From Bacteroidales bacterium (GTDB lineage Bacteria > Bacteroidota > Bacteroidia > Bacteroidales > VadinHA17): a DNA stretch of 64,000 bases. The DNA lies in contig JAJFVL010000049.1 of NCBI GenBank assembly GCA_021371855.1, positions 70,226-134,225 of the forward strand. The letters run 5' to 3'. Below are positions 35,822 through 45,141 of this stretch, piece by piece. Below the pieces are notes generated by a model. The model was given only the letters and a program-made list of their open reading frames with translations, was not told the DNA's origin and ran no database searches. The first letter of the stretch is position 1. Each line of letters begins with the position of its first letter. Made by a program: the position numbers and the translations under genes.

Positions 35822-38800
35822 TCAGTTCTGCTTCACCCACTTAATTGCATCGCCAATCACTACTCTTCCGGCCGAAAGATTTGTCAGAGCAACTTTTGCT
35901 GTACCTGGTGAAAGGTAGTAACGGCCAAGTTTGTTCCAACCGGCATCAGCGTCCTGGTATTCAATTGTTATTTCTTCCACACCTTCGTCATGGTATATTT
36001 TGTAATGCATATCCTTATATGGATTGTCTCGCTGGGGTTCACCTCCCGGACCTGCCTGGCTGCCCGGACTACCCCCCGGGGCACCCTGAGCTCCGGCCCC
36101 TCCGGGTCCTCCGCCTGCTCCTCCCGGACCTCTTCTTCCCGTTACCAGAATCCGGTCACGGGTTTTTCCCACATAGCAGAATATATCATAATAGCCTGGC
36201 TCTTTGATAGTGGCAGACCATACTATTTCTTTATCGCCCGAACCACCGCGGGTATATACCGACGAAAGAATATAATCCCCGTAATAATTGGTTTCAACAA
36301 CTTTCTGCCAGTATTCTGGTACATTCATCATTCTGACCTGCTGGTACATTTCGCTTCTATTGTTTTTTATTCCAAGAAGTTTTTTAAGAGGACTGACACT
36401 ATCCCTGACGGCTACAATAAAACCCGGATCTTCGTTATCAACAATTATCTCTGAGGGATCTCTGTATTGCGGGATTGAAGGAAGGATAGCTTCGCCCGCG
36501 AATTCTTCAGCTCTTTTTTCCGATTTTGCTATTTCATTGATTGGCATAGTTATCTGGCCTGGTATGTTCTTCGCGAACAGAGTGTTAACCATCATTGCTC
36601 TTGGGCGGGCATCAAGTACAACACCAACCTTTTTTGCCTCGTTGGGTCCGATAAGCACTATTTTTGAAATATCAGAAGCTTCCATGCCGCGTCCCTGCAT
36701 CGAAATAGCAAAATTCCTTCCTCTTCCGGCTCCTCCCTGTGTAACAGTTGCTGTCACTCTTTGACCTCCTCTTCCCTGTGATCCCGGACCTCCCGTGCGG
36801 AATGATACATTGAATATTCCTGCAACAGGCTCAATATTAGACACAATAAAGGTCACCTGGTATTTCGATCTGTCACCTGTAATAATTTCTGTTGCCTGAA
36901 CATTTGTGAAACGGAAACCAGGCTGCTCTTTCTTATTAAACCAGTCATCAAGATAAGGATAGAACTCAAAACCGAATCTCCCATTTATATCGTCATTCAA
37001 TTGCTTAATATCAACTCTTTTAAACCTGTGATCATCAATGTATTTCTCAAACCAGTCTTTAAACTCTGTAATCCCTGCCTTTGCCCTGATCAGATTAAAG
37101 AGATAATCACCTTTTACAGTCAGGACAGCCCTCATAGTATCACCTGAGGGATTCTTTTCCAGAAGATCCCTGAAACTTGTCTCTTTAAGTATAAGATTTG
37201 CTTTGTCATTTTCGGTAAGCCCTCCCATCATACCACCGAATCGGCCTTGTCCAGGTACAGATACTTTCTGAAGATGAGATTCAAAAACAGCATTTATAAC
37301 AGGATATTCCGAAGAGTAGAAATTGTTTTTGAAAAAGTAGAAACTTGGTGCAAGACGATACCGGGTTGGTTCGTTAAGAACGTTTCCCTTTACAAACCTG
37401 AAATTCTCACCGCTGATAAATGTGTTTCTGATAAAATTGTTAAATGTTCTGACCTGCAGCTCTTTATCAGTAATGACCTGATTGTTTCGGGTCATCCTTT
37501 TTTTCTGTCGTGATATTTGTTTACGGAATCCTGCATTTTGCAATGTCGATAATTTCTCAGGAAGCAAAACCATTGAAGGTTGCAATTCTGCCCTGGTCTG
37601 AGTGTTCATTTTCGGAAAAGAATGAAACTGAACGGGAACTTCAACAAGACTCAGGGTACCAAAAGGGTATTTGCTTGAGAAATTTGTTTCCAGTTCCCTT
37701 AGTATTCCTGAAACAAGTAATGGCAGAGTATCTTTAATTTCAGCAAGATCCTTTTTGTAATAATCATGTCCCGGGAAATTGAAACTTATGAATCTGACCG
37801 AGTCAACTATCAGAGTATCCGACTGATAGTCTCCTATAACAAGTGTCAGGCCGGTCAGTGAAGATTCCGGGACGAAAACGAAATCTCCGTTATCCGTTTT
37901 CCTGTTGCCCTGCGATATTACATTAAGCCCTTCTTCTGTTTTTACCCGCAACGTGAACCTGGTGAAATCAATTTTTATCCGTGCAGGATTCGATGGATAA
38001 TAATTCAGTCCTGTTACAGGATACCATTGTGATTCGGGAGTTAATAAAACATATTTCTTTGTCAGAAATGCCTGCCGTTTGTTCACATTAAGCATAGCAA
38101 TACGGTATGGTGTTTCTTTGATATTATCGGTGTAGTTAGGATAACAAAATGCCTCATTTATTGATCCGCTGTAGGTTATCTTAACGCTGTCGCTCATTCC
38201 GGGTTCAAGAACCTTTCCGGGATCAACCTCAATAATCTGATTTGTTTTTTTAAAATTAAGATTGTTTCCGTTAGAAGTGATTCTGGAAACGGACAAAGAA
38301 GGATTCAGGGAGAAAATATAACTATCAAGCCCCACCCTGTTATCATTAACAAACTTTAAGAGGGCAGATGCCTCAAATGTATCTCCTTTGTGAATGAAAT
38401 TTATTGAAGCATCGGTTATGCTTGTAACGTTACTGTTCTCGAATTCTTTATTGGTTTTAATTGCCAATTCTTTATCGTCAGCTCCTTTTTTATAAGCTGA
38501 ATAAGTATTCAATCCGCAAATGGCTGATCCGGCCAGGAAGATGAGCATAAATATCCAGGAAAAGGTGCTGTGTGTTTTTGATTGTGGTAATCGTTTGAAT
38601 AGCAATACTGTAGCCAATACCATGGCCATCCCTATGAAAAAATACAGGAGGCGTTGATTTAAAATATTATTTAAATTGTCAAATCCGATCACCCCTGATT
38701 TCAATACAGGAAGTCCAAATGCCATGTAATCGAAAATAGATCCGGACCTGTCGTAGAGCCAGAATATATTAAGTGCTGCCAGTCCGAGTAAAATAAGAAA

Positions 38801-39334
38801 GGTTATAGCCTGGTTCCTGATGACCGACATCAGCATAAAAGCAAGTCCGAGACTGAAAATGATTGTTGGGACGCATATAATCAGAAGATAAGAGACGTAT
38901 GACATTAAATCGATTGACATACTTTTTGAAATGATATTCATAATCAATCCTATCGATAAAATGATTAAATCAAGTCCCAGGAAGAGCCGGAGTATCCCCC
39001 AGGTTTTTCCAATAATATATTCAAGATTCGATATTGATCTGGTATAAAGAACTTCATTAGTGTCGAGTTTTTTATCTCTTTTGAGGAAATCGGCTGCAAG
39101 GAAGATGACCACAATAGCCTGACCAATATTAAGGAGGTATAGATTAACAAGAGGAAGAGAAGCAGGTAGTGAAACCAGCTCCCATGTTTCGGAACCTACG
39201 GGAGAAAACAGACCAATGTTTAAAAATGTGAATATCAGTAGTGCAACTATTGAAAAGAGCCTGAAGAACCAGCTCCTCCTTAATGTTTTTGCTTCATATT
39301 GTGCAACAGTCCTTATGTTGTGAAGAAGTACCAT
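35822..39334 (-). CDS. ABC-2 permease fused to an M1-aminopeptidase-like (apparently non-catalytic) ectodomain and a C-terminal beta-rich module
   Basis: 1170 aa. About 290 N-terminal residues form a polytopic ABC-2-like domain. The central region shows the M1 N-terminal/catalytic-domain pattern, but the translation has no HExxH or GAMEN motif. A Gly/Pro linker (36011-36139) precedes a 62-aa C-terminal module. Confidence 0.75.
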   Translation of the reverse strand: MVLLHNIRTVAQYEAKTLRRSWFFRLFSIVALLIFTFLNIGLFSPVGSETWELVSLPASLPLVNLYLLNIGQAIVVIFLAADFLKRDKKLDTNEVLYTRSISNLEYIIGKTWGILRLFLGLDLIILSIGLIMNIISKSMSIDLMSYVSYLLIICVPTIIFSLGLAFMLMSVIRNQAITFLILLGLAALNIFWLYDRSGSIFDYMAFGLPVLKSGVIGFDNLNNILNQRLLYFFIGMAMVLATVLLFKRLPQSKTHSTFSWIFMLIFLAGSAICGLNTYSAYKKGADDKELAIKTNKEFENSNVTSITDASINFIHKGDTFEASALLKFVNDNRVGLDSYIFSLNPSLSVSRITSNGNNLNFKKTNQIIEVDPGKVLEPGMSDSVKITYSGSINEAFCYPNYTDNIKETPYRIAMLNVNKRQAFLTKKYVLLTPESQWYPVTGLNYYPSNPARIKIDFTRFTLRVKTEEGLNVISQGNRKTDNGDFVFVPESSLTGLTLVIGDYQSDTLIVDSVRFISFNFPGHDYYKKDLAEIKDTLPLLVSGILRELETNFSSKYPFGTLSLVEVPVQFHSFPKMNTQTRAELQPSMVLLPEKLSTLQNAGFRKQISRQKKRMTRNNQVITDKELQVRTFNNFIRNTFISGENFRFVKGNVLNEPTRYRLAPSFYFFKNNFYSSEYPVINAVFESHLQKVSVPGQGRFGGMMGGLTENDKANLILKETSFRDLLEKNPSGDTMRAVLTVKGDYLFNLIRAKAGITEFKDWFEKYIDDHRFKRVDIKQLNDDINGRFGFEFYPYLDDWFNKKEQPGFRFTNVQATEIITGDRSKYQVTFIVSNIEPVAGIFNVSFRTGGPGSQGRGGQRVTATVTQGGAGRGRNFAISMQGRGMEASDISKIVLIGPNEAKKVGVVLDARPRAMMVNTLFAKNIPGQITMPINEIAKSEKRAEEFAGEAILPSIPQYRDPSEIIVDNEDPGFIVAVRDSVSPLKKLLGIKNNRSEMYQQVRMMNVPEYWQKVVETNYYGDYILSSVYTRGGSGDKEIVWSATIKEPGYYDIFCYVGKTRDRILVTGRRGPGGAGGGPGGAGAQGAPGGSPGSQAGPGGEPQRDNPYKDMHYKIYHDEGVEEITIEYQDADAGWNKLGRYYLSPGTAKVALTNLSAGRVVIGDAIKWVKQN

Positions 39335-39349
39335 GATTGTAATTTATTA

Positions 39350-40243
39350 TTATTCAATGATATCAGCGTGCAACTTGTGTTCCATATAATATACATAAGC
39401 ATGTTCGATATTTGGCATAATGCCGGTTGAACCGAACTCGGGAGTACTATCCGAAACGATCTGCACCTCCCATCCTGCTTCAACAGGAATCGTTGATATC
39501 ACGTTATAGCGTTCTTTAGCCATTTCATATTCATCAGGGGTAAGCTTAAGTTTAAATACATGGCCTTCAGCATGTTTTATGAGGTTTTCGGGTGAACCGG
39601 AAAAGACCAGTTCTCCTTTATTAAGTAATGCCATTCCCTGGCAGGTAGATGAGATGTCTCCGACAATATGAGTAGATAAAATTATAGTGACATCATGCTG
39701 GCTCAACTGTGAAAGGATATTTCTGAATCGTATTCTTTCATCAGGATCCAGGCCTGTTGTAGGTTCGTCGACTACTATGATCTTTGGATTTCCGATCAGG
39801 GCCTGGGCAATTCCCAATCGCCGTTTCATTCCACCTGATAACCTGTTGGCCTGACGGTCGCGTACTTCAAGAAGGCCCACCTGGTCGAGCAACCGGTCAA
39901 CTTCAGAGATCCTTTCTTTTTTGTTCTTCAATCCGGCAAGAGATCCTGAATAATCAAGAAACTCCCAGGTTTTGAGAGAAGTGAAAAATCTGAAATCTTG
40001 TGGAAGATACCCCAGCAAACTTCTGAGTTCTTTCCTGTTACTCTGAATATTCTTCCCATCCACAAGTACTACTCCTGAAGATGGTTTCATCAATGTAACA
40101 ATTATTCTCATAAGGCTTGATTTCCCGGCTCCATTAGGCCCAAGAAGACCAAACATCCCAGACCCGAATTCAAGATTTATATCTTTTAGTGCATGATTAC
40201 CGTTTGGATAGATTTTGTTAAGTCCCTGAATCTCAATTTTCAT
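39350..40243 (-). CDS. ABC transporter ATP-binding protein (ABC-2/DrrA-like, with a C-terminal accessory domain)
   Basis: 297 aa with Walker A GPNGAGKS, signature LSGGMKRR, Walker B IIVVDEPTTGLD and H-loop STHI. It lies 15 nt upstream of the permease-fusion gene and is clearly paralogous to the C-terminus of the 1591-aa protein. Confidence 0.92.
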   Translation of the reverse strand: MKIEIQGLNKIYPNGNHALKDINLEFGSGMFGLLGPNGAGKSSLMRIIVTLMKPSSGVVLVDGKNIQSNRKELRSLLGYLPQDFRFFTSLKTWEFLDYSGSLAGLKNKKERISEVDRLLDQVGLLEVRDRQANRLSGGMKRRLGIAQALIGNPKIIVVDEPTTGLDPDERIRFRNILSQLSQHDVTIILSTHIVGDISSTCQGMALLNKGELVFSGSPENLIKHAEGHVFKLKLTPDEYEMAKERYNVISTIPVEAGWEVQIVSDSTPEFGSTGIMPNIEHAYVYYMEHKLHADIIE

Positions 40244-40475
40244 AAAACCTGAATTAAGTTCTGAATAGATAACTGATCTTATATTACTTTGATGCTATAA
40301 AGACGGAATTTATTCCATTTGTGACAAAAAAATGCCGATTAAATAATATTTAATAAACTCTCATCTTCCTTTTATGCAAAAATACTCACCTCTAACCTGA
40401 ATTAAAAAGTTGGCTTCAGTTAAGAGCAGATTACACTAAATTAAACAATTAACCTCAAACCTGGGGTTGCAGGCC

Positions 40476-41783
40476 ATGGATTATTGCATTATAAAACTTA
40501 TTCATATTTTTGTAAGGAAAAAATTCAAGGTGGGATATCAGGTCAATAAGCGAAAAATAATTAACGATCCGGTTTATGGTTTTATCAATATTCCGGGTGA
40601 TTTTGTTTTTGACCTTTTTGAACATCCATGGGTTCAGAGGCTCCGGAATATAAAACAACTGGGATTTACCAGTTTTGTATATCCGGGTGCAAACCACAAC
40701 CGGTTTCAACATAGTCTGGGAGCTTTGCATCTTATGGACCTGGCAATAGAAACCCTGCGAAACAAAGGCGTCATTATCTCATCTGAGGAGCAGGAAGCTA
40801 CTTTCATTTCAATCCTCCTGCACGATATAGGACATGGTCCCTTATCGCATGCTCTTGAAAATTCAATTATTGATGGCGTTACGCATGAAGATATTACCCT
40901 CCTTCTCATGCAAAAACTTAACGAAGCAAATGGCGGGAAACTAGATCTTGCAATAGATATATTCAAAGGTACCTACCCAAGAAAATTTTTACACGAGCTG
41001 ATATCCGGACAGATGGATATGGACAGGCTGGATTATTTGCGGAGAGATAGTTTTTTTACTGGTGTTATTGAAGGATCTGTAGGGTCCGACAGGATAATCA
41101 GGATGCTTAATGTTGTTGACGATAGTCTCGTTATTGATGAAAAAGGGATCTATTCAATTGAAAAATTCCTTATTGCACGACGACTTATGTACTGGCAGGT
41201 TTATATGCACAAGACGGTTCTTTCATCCGAAAGCTTGCTTGCTAATATACTGAAACGTGCAAAAGAGCTTGCTGCTGAAGGTGCTGAACTGTATGCCACT
41301 CCTGCTCTCCGGTTCTTTCTTTACAATAAGATTGGACTCTCTGATCTTACCGGCAACAGCGGTTATACCTCCGATATGATCGCTGAGAAATTCACAATGC
41401 TTGACGACTCAGATATCAGAGTGTCAGTCAAATACTGGGTCGGTAATCCTGATAACGTCCTTTCCGACTTATCGGGGAGGTTATTACGACGTGCCCTGTT
41501 TGCTGTTGAATTACAGAATGATCCTTTCCCGGAACAAAGGATGAATGAACTTAGAATTCTGCTGGGTGAAAAGATGAATATTGGTCCGGAATTTGACGAT
41601 TATTATGTTTTTACAAGGAGTATCTCGAACATGGCATATACCCCTGATGCGACAGAAGTGAAAATTTTACTGAAGAGTGGGAAAACAGCCGATATATCAA
41701 CTGTGTCAGATATGTTTGAACACAGATTCCTGTCAGAAAGAATAACAAAGTATTTCCTTTGCTATCCAAAAGAATGTCGATAA
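40476..41783 (+). CDS. HD-domain phosphohydrolase (COG1078, SAMHD1/dGTPase-like)
   Basis: Motifs RFQHSLGALHL, LLHDIGHGPLSH and DMDRLDYLRRDSFFTG. The start is uncertain: ATG 40476 or GTG 40530. The conserved core begins at KIINDPVYGFI. Confidence 0.85.
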   Translation: MDYCIIKLIHIFVRKKFKVGYQVNKRKIINDPVYGFINIPGDFVFDLFEHPWVQRLRNIKQLGFTSFVYPGANHNRFQHSLGALHLMDLAIETLRNKGVIISSEEQEATFISILLHDIGHGPLSHALENSIIDGVTHEDITLLLMQKLNEANGGKLDLAIDIFKGTYPRKFLHELISGQMDMDRLDYLRRDSFFTGVIEGSVGSDRIIRMLNVVDDSLVIDEKGIYSIEKFLIARRLMYWQVYMHKTVLSSESLLANILKRAKELAAEGAELYATPALRFFLYNKIGLSDLTGNSGYTSDMIAEKFTMLDDSDIRVSVKYWVGNPDNVLSDLSGRLLRRALFAVELQNDPFPEQRMNELRILLGEKMNIGPEFDDYYVFTRSISNMAYTPDATEVKILLKSGKTADISTVSDMFEHRFLSERITKYFLCYPKECR

Positions 41784-41799
41784 CTAAAATAATGATATC

Positions 41800-42834
41800 A
41801 TGGAATTTACAGCTAAAACAATTGCCGACTTTTTACATGGGGAGGTAGACGGTAACCCTGATATTAAAGTCAGTACAGTTGCCAAAATTGAAGAAGGATC
41901 TGAGGGTGCGCTTTCATTCCTTGCAAATCCGAAATATGAACATTATATCTATTCAACAGGCTCATCTATTGTGCTGGTGAATAAGGATTTTGTCCCATCG
42001 GAAAAAGTAAAAACAACATTGATTAGGGTTGCAAATGCATATGAAGCATTTGCCTCCCTGCTTCAGCTTGTTGATCAGGCACGGCCAAGAAAAATGGGAA
42101 TTCATGCCACTGCAATTATTGAACCTTCGGCAAAAATAGGGTCAGATGTCTATATCGGTCCATTTGCTTATATCGGTGAGAATTGTGTTATTGGAAACGG
42201 ATGCTCTCTCTTTCCATCTGTTTATATTGGCGACAATACAAAATTAGGGAATAACTGTATTATTAATCCAGGAGTCAAAATTTATAATGATTGTATTATC
42301 GGAGATGGCTGTATTATCCATGCCGGTACGGTAATAGGAAGTGATGGATTCGGATTTGCTCCTCAGTCGGACAGTGAATACATGAAGATACCTCAGTTGG
42401 GAAACGTTGTTCTTGAGGACCATGTGGAAGTTGGAGCAAATACCACTATAGACCGGGCAACAATGGGGTCGACAATAATCCGTAAAGGTGTTAAGATTGA
42501 TAATCTCATTCAGATTGCACATAATGTTGAGATAGGTGAGAATACGGTTATTGCAGCGCAAACCGGTATTGCAGGATCGGCAAAGATCGGAAAAAACTGT
42601 ATGTTTGGCGGCCAGGTTGGCATTGCCGGCCATATTAAGATTGCCGACGGTACAAAAATTGGAGCTCAGGCTGGTGTTTTGGGAGAGATAAAGGAAGAAA
42701 ATACTATCATTCAGGGAACACCGGCGATTGATTATAAACAATTCTTTAAATCTTCAGTTATCTTTAAAAATCTTACCGAGCTTAGAAAGAAGGTTGATTC
42801 CATGGGAAGAGATATTGAATCACTTAAGGATTAA
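41800..42834 (+). CDS. lpxD: UDP-3-O-(3-hydroxyacyl)glucosamine N-acyltransferase
   Basis: 344 aa with an N-terminal uridine-binding domain (LSFLANPKY), a long left-handed beta-helix of hexapeptide repeats and a C-terminal helix. Confidence 0.93.
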   Translation: MEFTAKTIADFLHGEVDGNPDIKVSTVAKIEEGSEGALSFLANPKYEHYIYSTGSSIVLVNKDFVPSEKVKTTLIRVANAYEAFASLLQLVDQARPRKMGIHATAIIEPSAKIGSDVYIGPFAYIGENCVIGNGCSLFPSVYIGDNTKLGNNCIINPGVKIYNDCIIGDGCIIHAGTVIGSDGFGFAPQSDSEYMKIPQLGNVVLEDHVEVGANTTIDRATMGSTIIRKGVKIDNLIQIAHNVEIGENTVIAAQTGIAGSAKIGKNCMFGGQVGIAGHIKIADGTKIGAQAGVLGEIKEENTIIQGTPAIDYKQFFKSSVIFKNLTELRKKVDSMGRDIESLKD

Positions 42835-42954
42835 TTGTCTGTTGGGAAAATTTTAATAGAAATAGTTGAATCACGTTCAGATATATTATTTTTTTTAGAT
42901 TGTTCGAAAATATTTATTTTTTTTGTACAGGAATTTTAATTTAATTTTTTACTG

Positions 42955-44349
42955 ATGAGTGAAAAGCAGAGGACACTTGCTAAGGAGATAAGCCTTACCG
43001 GAAAAGGATTACATACAGGGATCAATGTAAAAGTAACATTTAAGCCGGCTCAGGCAAATCATGGATATAAATTTTGCAGAGTGGACCTTCCCGGGAAGCC
43101 TGTAATTGATGCACTAGCTGAGAATGTTACGGATACATCAAGGGGGACCACACTGACCCAGAACGATGCTTCCGTGTCGACTATCGAACATATTCTTGCC
43201 GCATTCCATGGATTACGTGTTGATAATGCCCTTATTGAAATTGACGGACCCGAAGCCCCGATAATGGGGGGAGCTGCCTGGAAATTTACCGAAGCAATCA
43301 AAGAAGCCGGAATAGTTGAACAAAAGGAAGACAGAAATTATTTTGTTGTCAGGAATAAAATAAGCTTCTCTGATGAAGAACATGGAGTGGATCTGATAGT
43401 ATATCCCGATGATCATTTCAGCATAAATGTTCTTATTGATTATAATTCCAAGGTCCTTGGAAACCAGTATGCAATTCTTGACTCGATTGATGACTTTGAA
43501 AAGGAGATATGCAAGAGTCGGACATTTGTGTTTTTTCATGAACTGGAACCTCTGCATAAACTGGGGCTTATAAAAGGTGGTGATCTCGATAACGCGATTG
43601 TTATTCTTGAAAAGGAGGTAGAACAATCTGAGATAGATCGTATAGCAAAGCTTTTTGAACGTCCTGGCATTACAACTCATACAGCAGGTATATTGAATAA
43701 TACCAAATTACGTTACCCAAATGAACCTGCCCGTCATAAGCTGCTCGACATTATGGGCGATCTGGCTCTGGTTGGTCATCCTATAAAGGGCAAAGTGGTG
43801 GCAACACGTCCCGGCCATTATGCCAATACAAGGTTGGCAAAAGTAATCAGGCAGGAAATGAAGAAAACTCTTTCAAAACGTGACATTCCGGTTTATGATG
43901 TCTCACAACCACCTGTTTTTACAATAGAGGATATTAAGAAACGTCTTCCGCACAGATCACCTTTTTTGCTTGTTGACAAAATAATTTCACTTGAGGAAAC
44001 CTCTATTGTCGGTATTAAAAATGTTACCTTTAATGAACCATTTTTCCAGGGTCATTTTCCGAATGAACCTGTCATGCCTGGAGTTCTTCTGGTTGAAGCC
44101 CTGGCTCAGACCGGCGGATTACTTGTATTAAGCACGGTTGATGATCCGGAAAAATATTCTACATATTTTCTTAAGATTGATAAGCTTAAATTTAAGCATA
44201 AAGTTGTTCCCGGAGATACGGTAATACTTAAAATGGAATTGACCGACGTTATGCGAAGGGGGATAATCACAATGTATGGTCAGGCATACGTAGGAGGTAC
44301 CCTTGTATTGGAAGGAGAAATGACAGCTCAGGTAATAAAAAATAAATAA
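42955..44349 (+). CDS. lpxC/fabZ: Bifunctional UDP-3-O-acyl-GlcNAc deacetylase / 3-hydroxyacyl-ACP dehydratase
   Basis: 464 aa. The N-terminal LpxC part has TIEHILAA and HKLLDIMGDLAL. The C-terminal FabZ hot-dog part has PHRSPFLLVDKI and GHFPNEPVMPGVLLVEALAQ. Confidence 0.93.
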   Translation: MSEKQRTLAKEISLTGKGLHTGINVKVTFKPAQANHGYKFCRVDLPGKPVIDALAENVTDTSRGTTLTQNDASVSTIEHILAAFHGLRVDNALIEIDGPEAPIMGGAAWKFTEAIKEAGIVEQKEDRNYFVVRNKISFSDEEHGVDLIVYPDDHFSINVLIDYNSKVLGNQYAILDSIDDFEKEICKSRTFVFFHELEPLHKLGLIKGGDLDNAIVILEKEVEQSEIDRIAKLFERPGITTHTAGILNNTKLRYPNEPARHKLLDIMGDLALVGHPIKGKVVATRPGHYANTRLAKVIRQEMKKTLSKRDIPVYDVSQPPVFTIEDIKKRLPHRSPFLLVDKIISLEETSIVGIKNVTFNEPFFQGHFPNEPVMPGVLLVEALAQTGGLLVLSTVDDPEKYSTYFLKIDKLKFKHKVVPGDTVILKMELTDVMRRGIITMYGQAYVGGTLVLEGEMTAQVIKNK

Positions 44350-44356
44350 AAGATTG

Positions 44357-45130
44357 ATGATCTCAAATTTAGCTTTCGTCCACCCCGATGCCAGATTAGG
44401 TAAAGATGTTACTGTTGAACCTTTTGCCTATATTGCCGGAAATGTAGTAATTGGGGACGGAACATGGATTGGCCCCAATTCAACAATACTTGATTGGGCC
44501 AGAATCGGAAAACAATGCAGGATCTTCCCTTCTGCAGTTGTGTCAGGTATTCCCCAGGATCTTAAGTTCAGGGGTGAGGAAACAACCGCTGAAATAGGTG
44601 ATAACACAACAATACGGGAATGCGTCACTGTAAACAGGGGTACAGCATCTGTTGGTAAAACCATTGTTGGTAATAATTGCCTTTTAATGGCTTATTCTCA
44701 TGTTGGCCACGATTGTACTGTAGGGAATAACGTTATTATTGGGAATTCATGCGGCCTTGCCGGTGAAGTGAAGGTGGACGATTGGGCTATTCTCAGCGGA
44801 GGAGTCCTTGTTCACCAGTTCTCACATATCGGTGGTCATGTTATGATTGGTGGCGGAACACGGGTGAGAACAGATGTTCCACCTTATATAAAAGCTGACC
44901 GCGACCCTCTTTCTTTCCTTGGATTAAACTCAGTGGGACTTACCCGACGCGGATTCGGAAAGGAACGGATTGATGAAATTCATAATATTTACAGAGTAAT
45001 TTATCAGAGCGGCTTGAATTTTTCAATGGCCTTGGAAAAGGTGGAACAAGATTTCAAACCATCCCCCGACAGAGATTATATCATGGAATTCATAAGAAAA
45101 TCGGAAAGAGGAATCATTAGGGCCAGGTAA
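44357..45130 (+). CDS. lpxA: Acyl-ACP--UDP-N-acetylglucosamine O-acyltransferase
   Basis: Hexapeptide-repeat beta-helix followed by a helical C-terminal domain. It completes the lpxD-lpxC/fabZ-lpxA order. I prefer ATG 44357 over the adjacent TTG 44354. Confidence 0.93.
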   Translation: MISNLAFVHPDARLGKDVTVEPFAYIAGNVVIGDGTWIGPNSTILDWARIGKQCRIFPSAVVSGIPQDLKFRGEETTAEIGDNTTIRECVTVNRGTASVGKTIVGNNCLLMAYSHVGHDCTVGNNVIIGNSCGLAGEVKVDDWAILSGGVLVHQFSHIGGHVMIGGGTRVRTDVPPYIKADRDPLSFLGLNSVGLTRRGFGKERIDEIHNIYRVIYQSGLNFSMALEKVEQDFKPSPDRDYIMEFIRKSERGIIRAR

Positions 45131-45141
45131 GGCCCTTTTTT
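45120..45141 (+). terminator. Short intrinsic terminator after lpxA
   Basis: GGGCC-AGGTAA-GGCCC followed by TTTTTT. The stop codon lies in the loop. The 5-bp stem is weak. Confidence 0.45.

Noticed and set aside
35845-36764. Three overlapping plus-strand ORFs (120-158 aa), partly Pro/Gly/Arg-rich
   Set aside because: They are produced by the GC-rich Gly/Pro-linker-encoding stretch of the minus-strand 1170-aa gene. They overlap one another in different frames and carry no recognisable domains.
40455-40730. 91-aa minus-strand ORF overlapping the start of the HD hydrolase gene
   Set aside because: It overlaps a well-supported plus-strand gene and has no motifs. It would also run into the divergent promoter region.
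40476-41783. HD/SAMHD1-like dNTP hydrolase considered as a possible anti-phage dNTP-depletion defence gene
   Set aside because: It sits immediately upstream of, and co-directional with, lpxD-lpxC/fabZ-lpxA in a housekeeping context. No other defence, mobile or hypervariable genes are nearby. A core metabolic role is more parsimonious.
42244-43680. Minus-strand ORFs of 165 and 155 aa within lpxD and lpxC/fabZ
   Set aside because: They are antisense to genes with clear LpxD and LpxC signatures. Hexapeptide-repeat DNA commonly yields long antisense frames.
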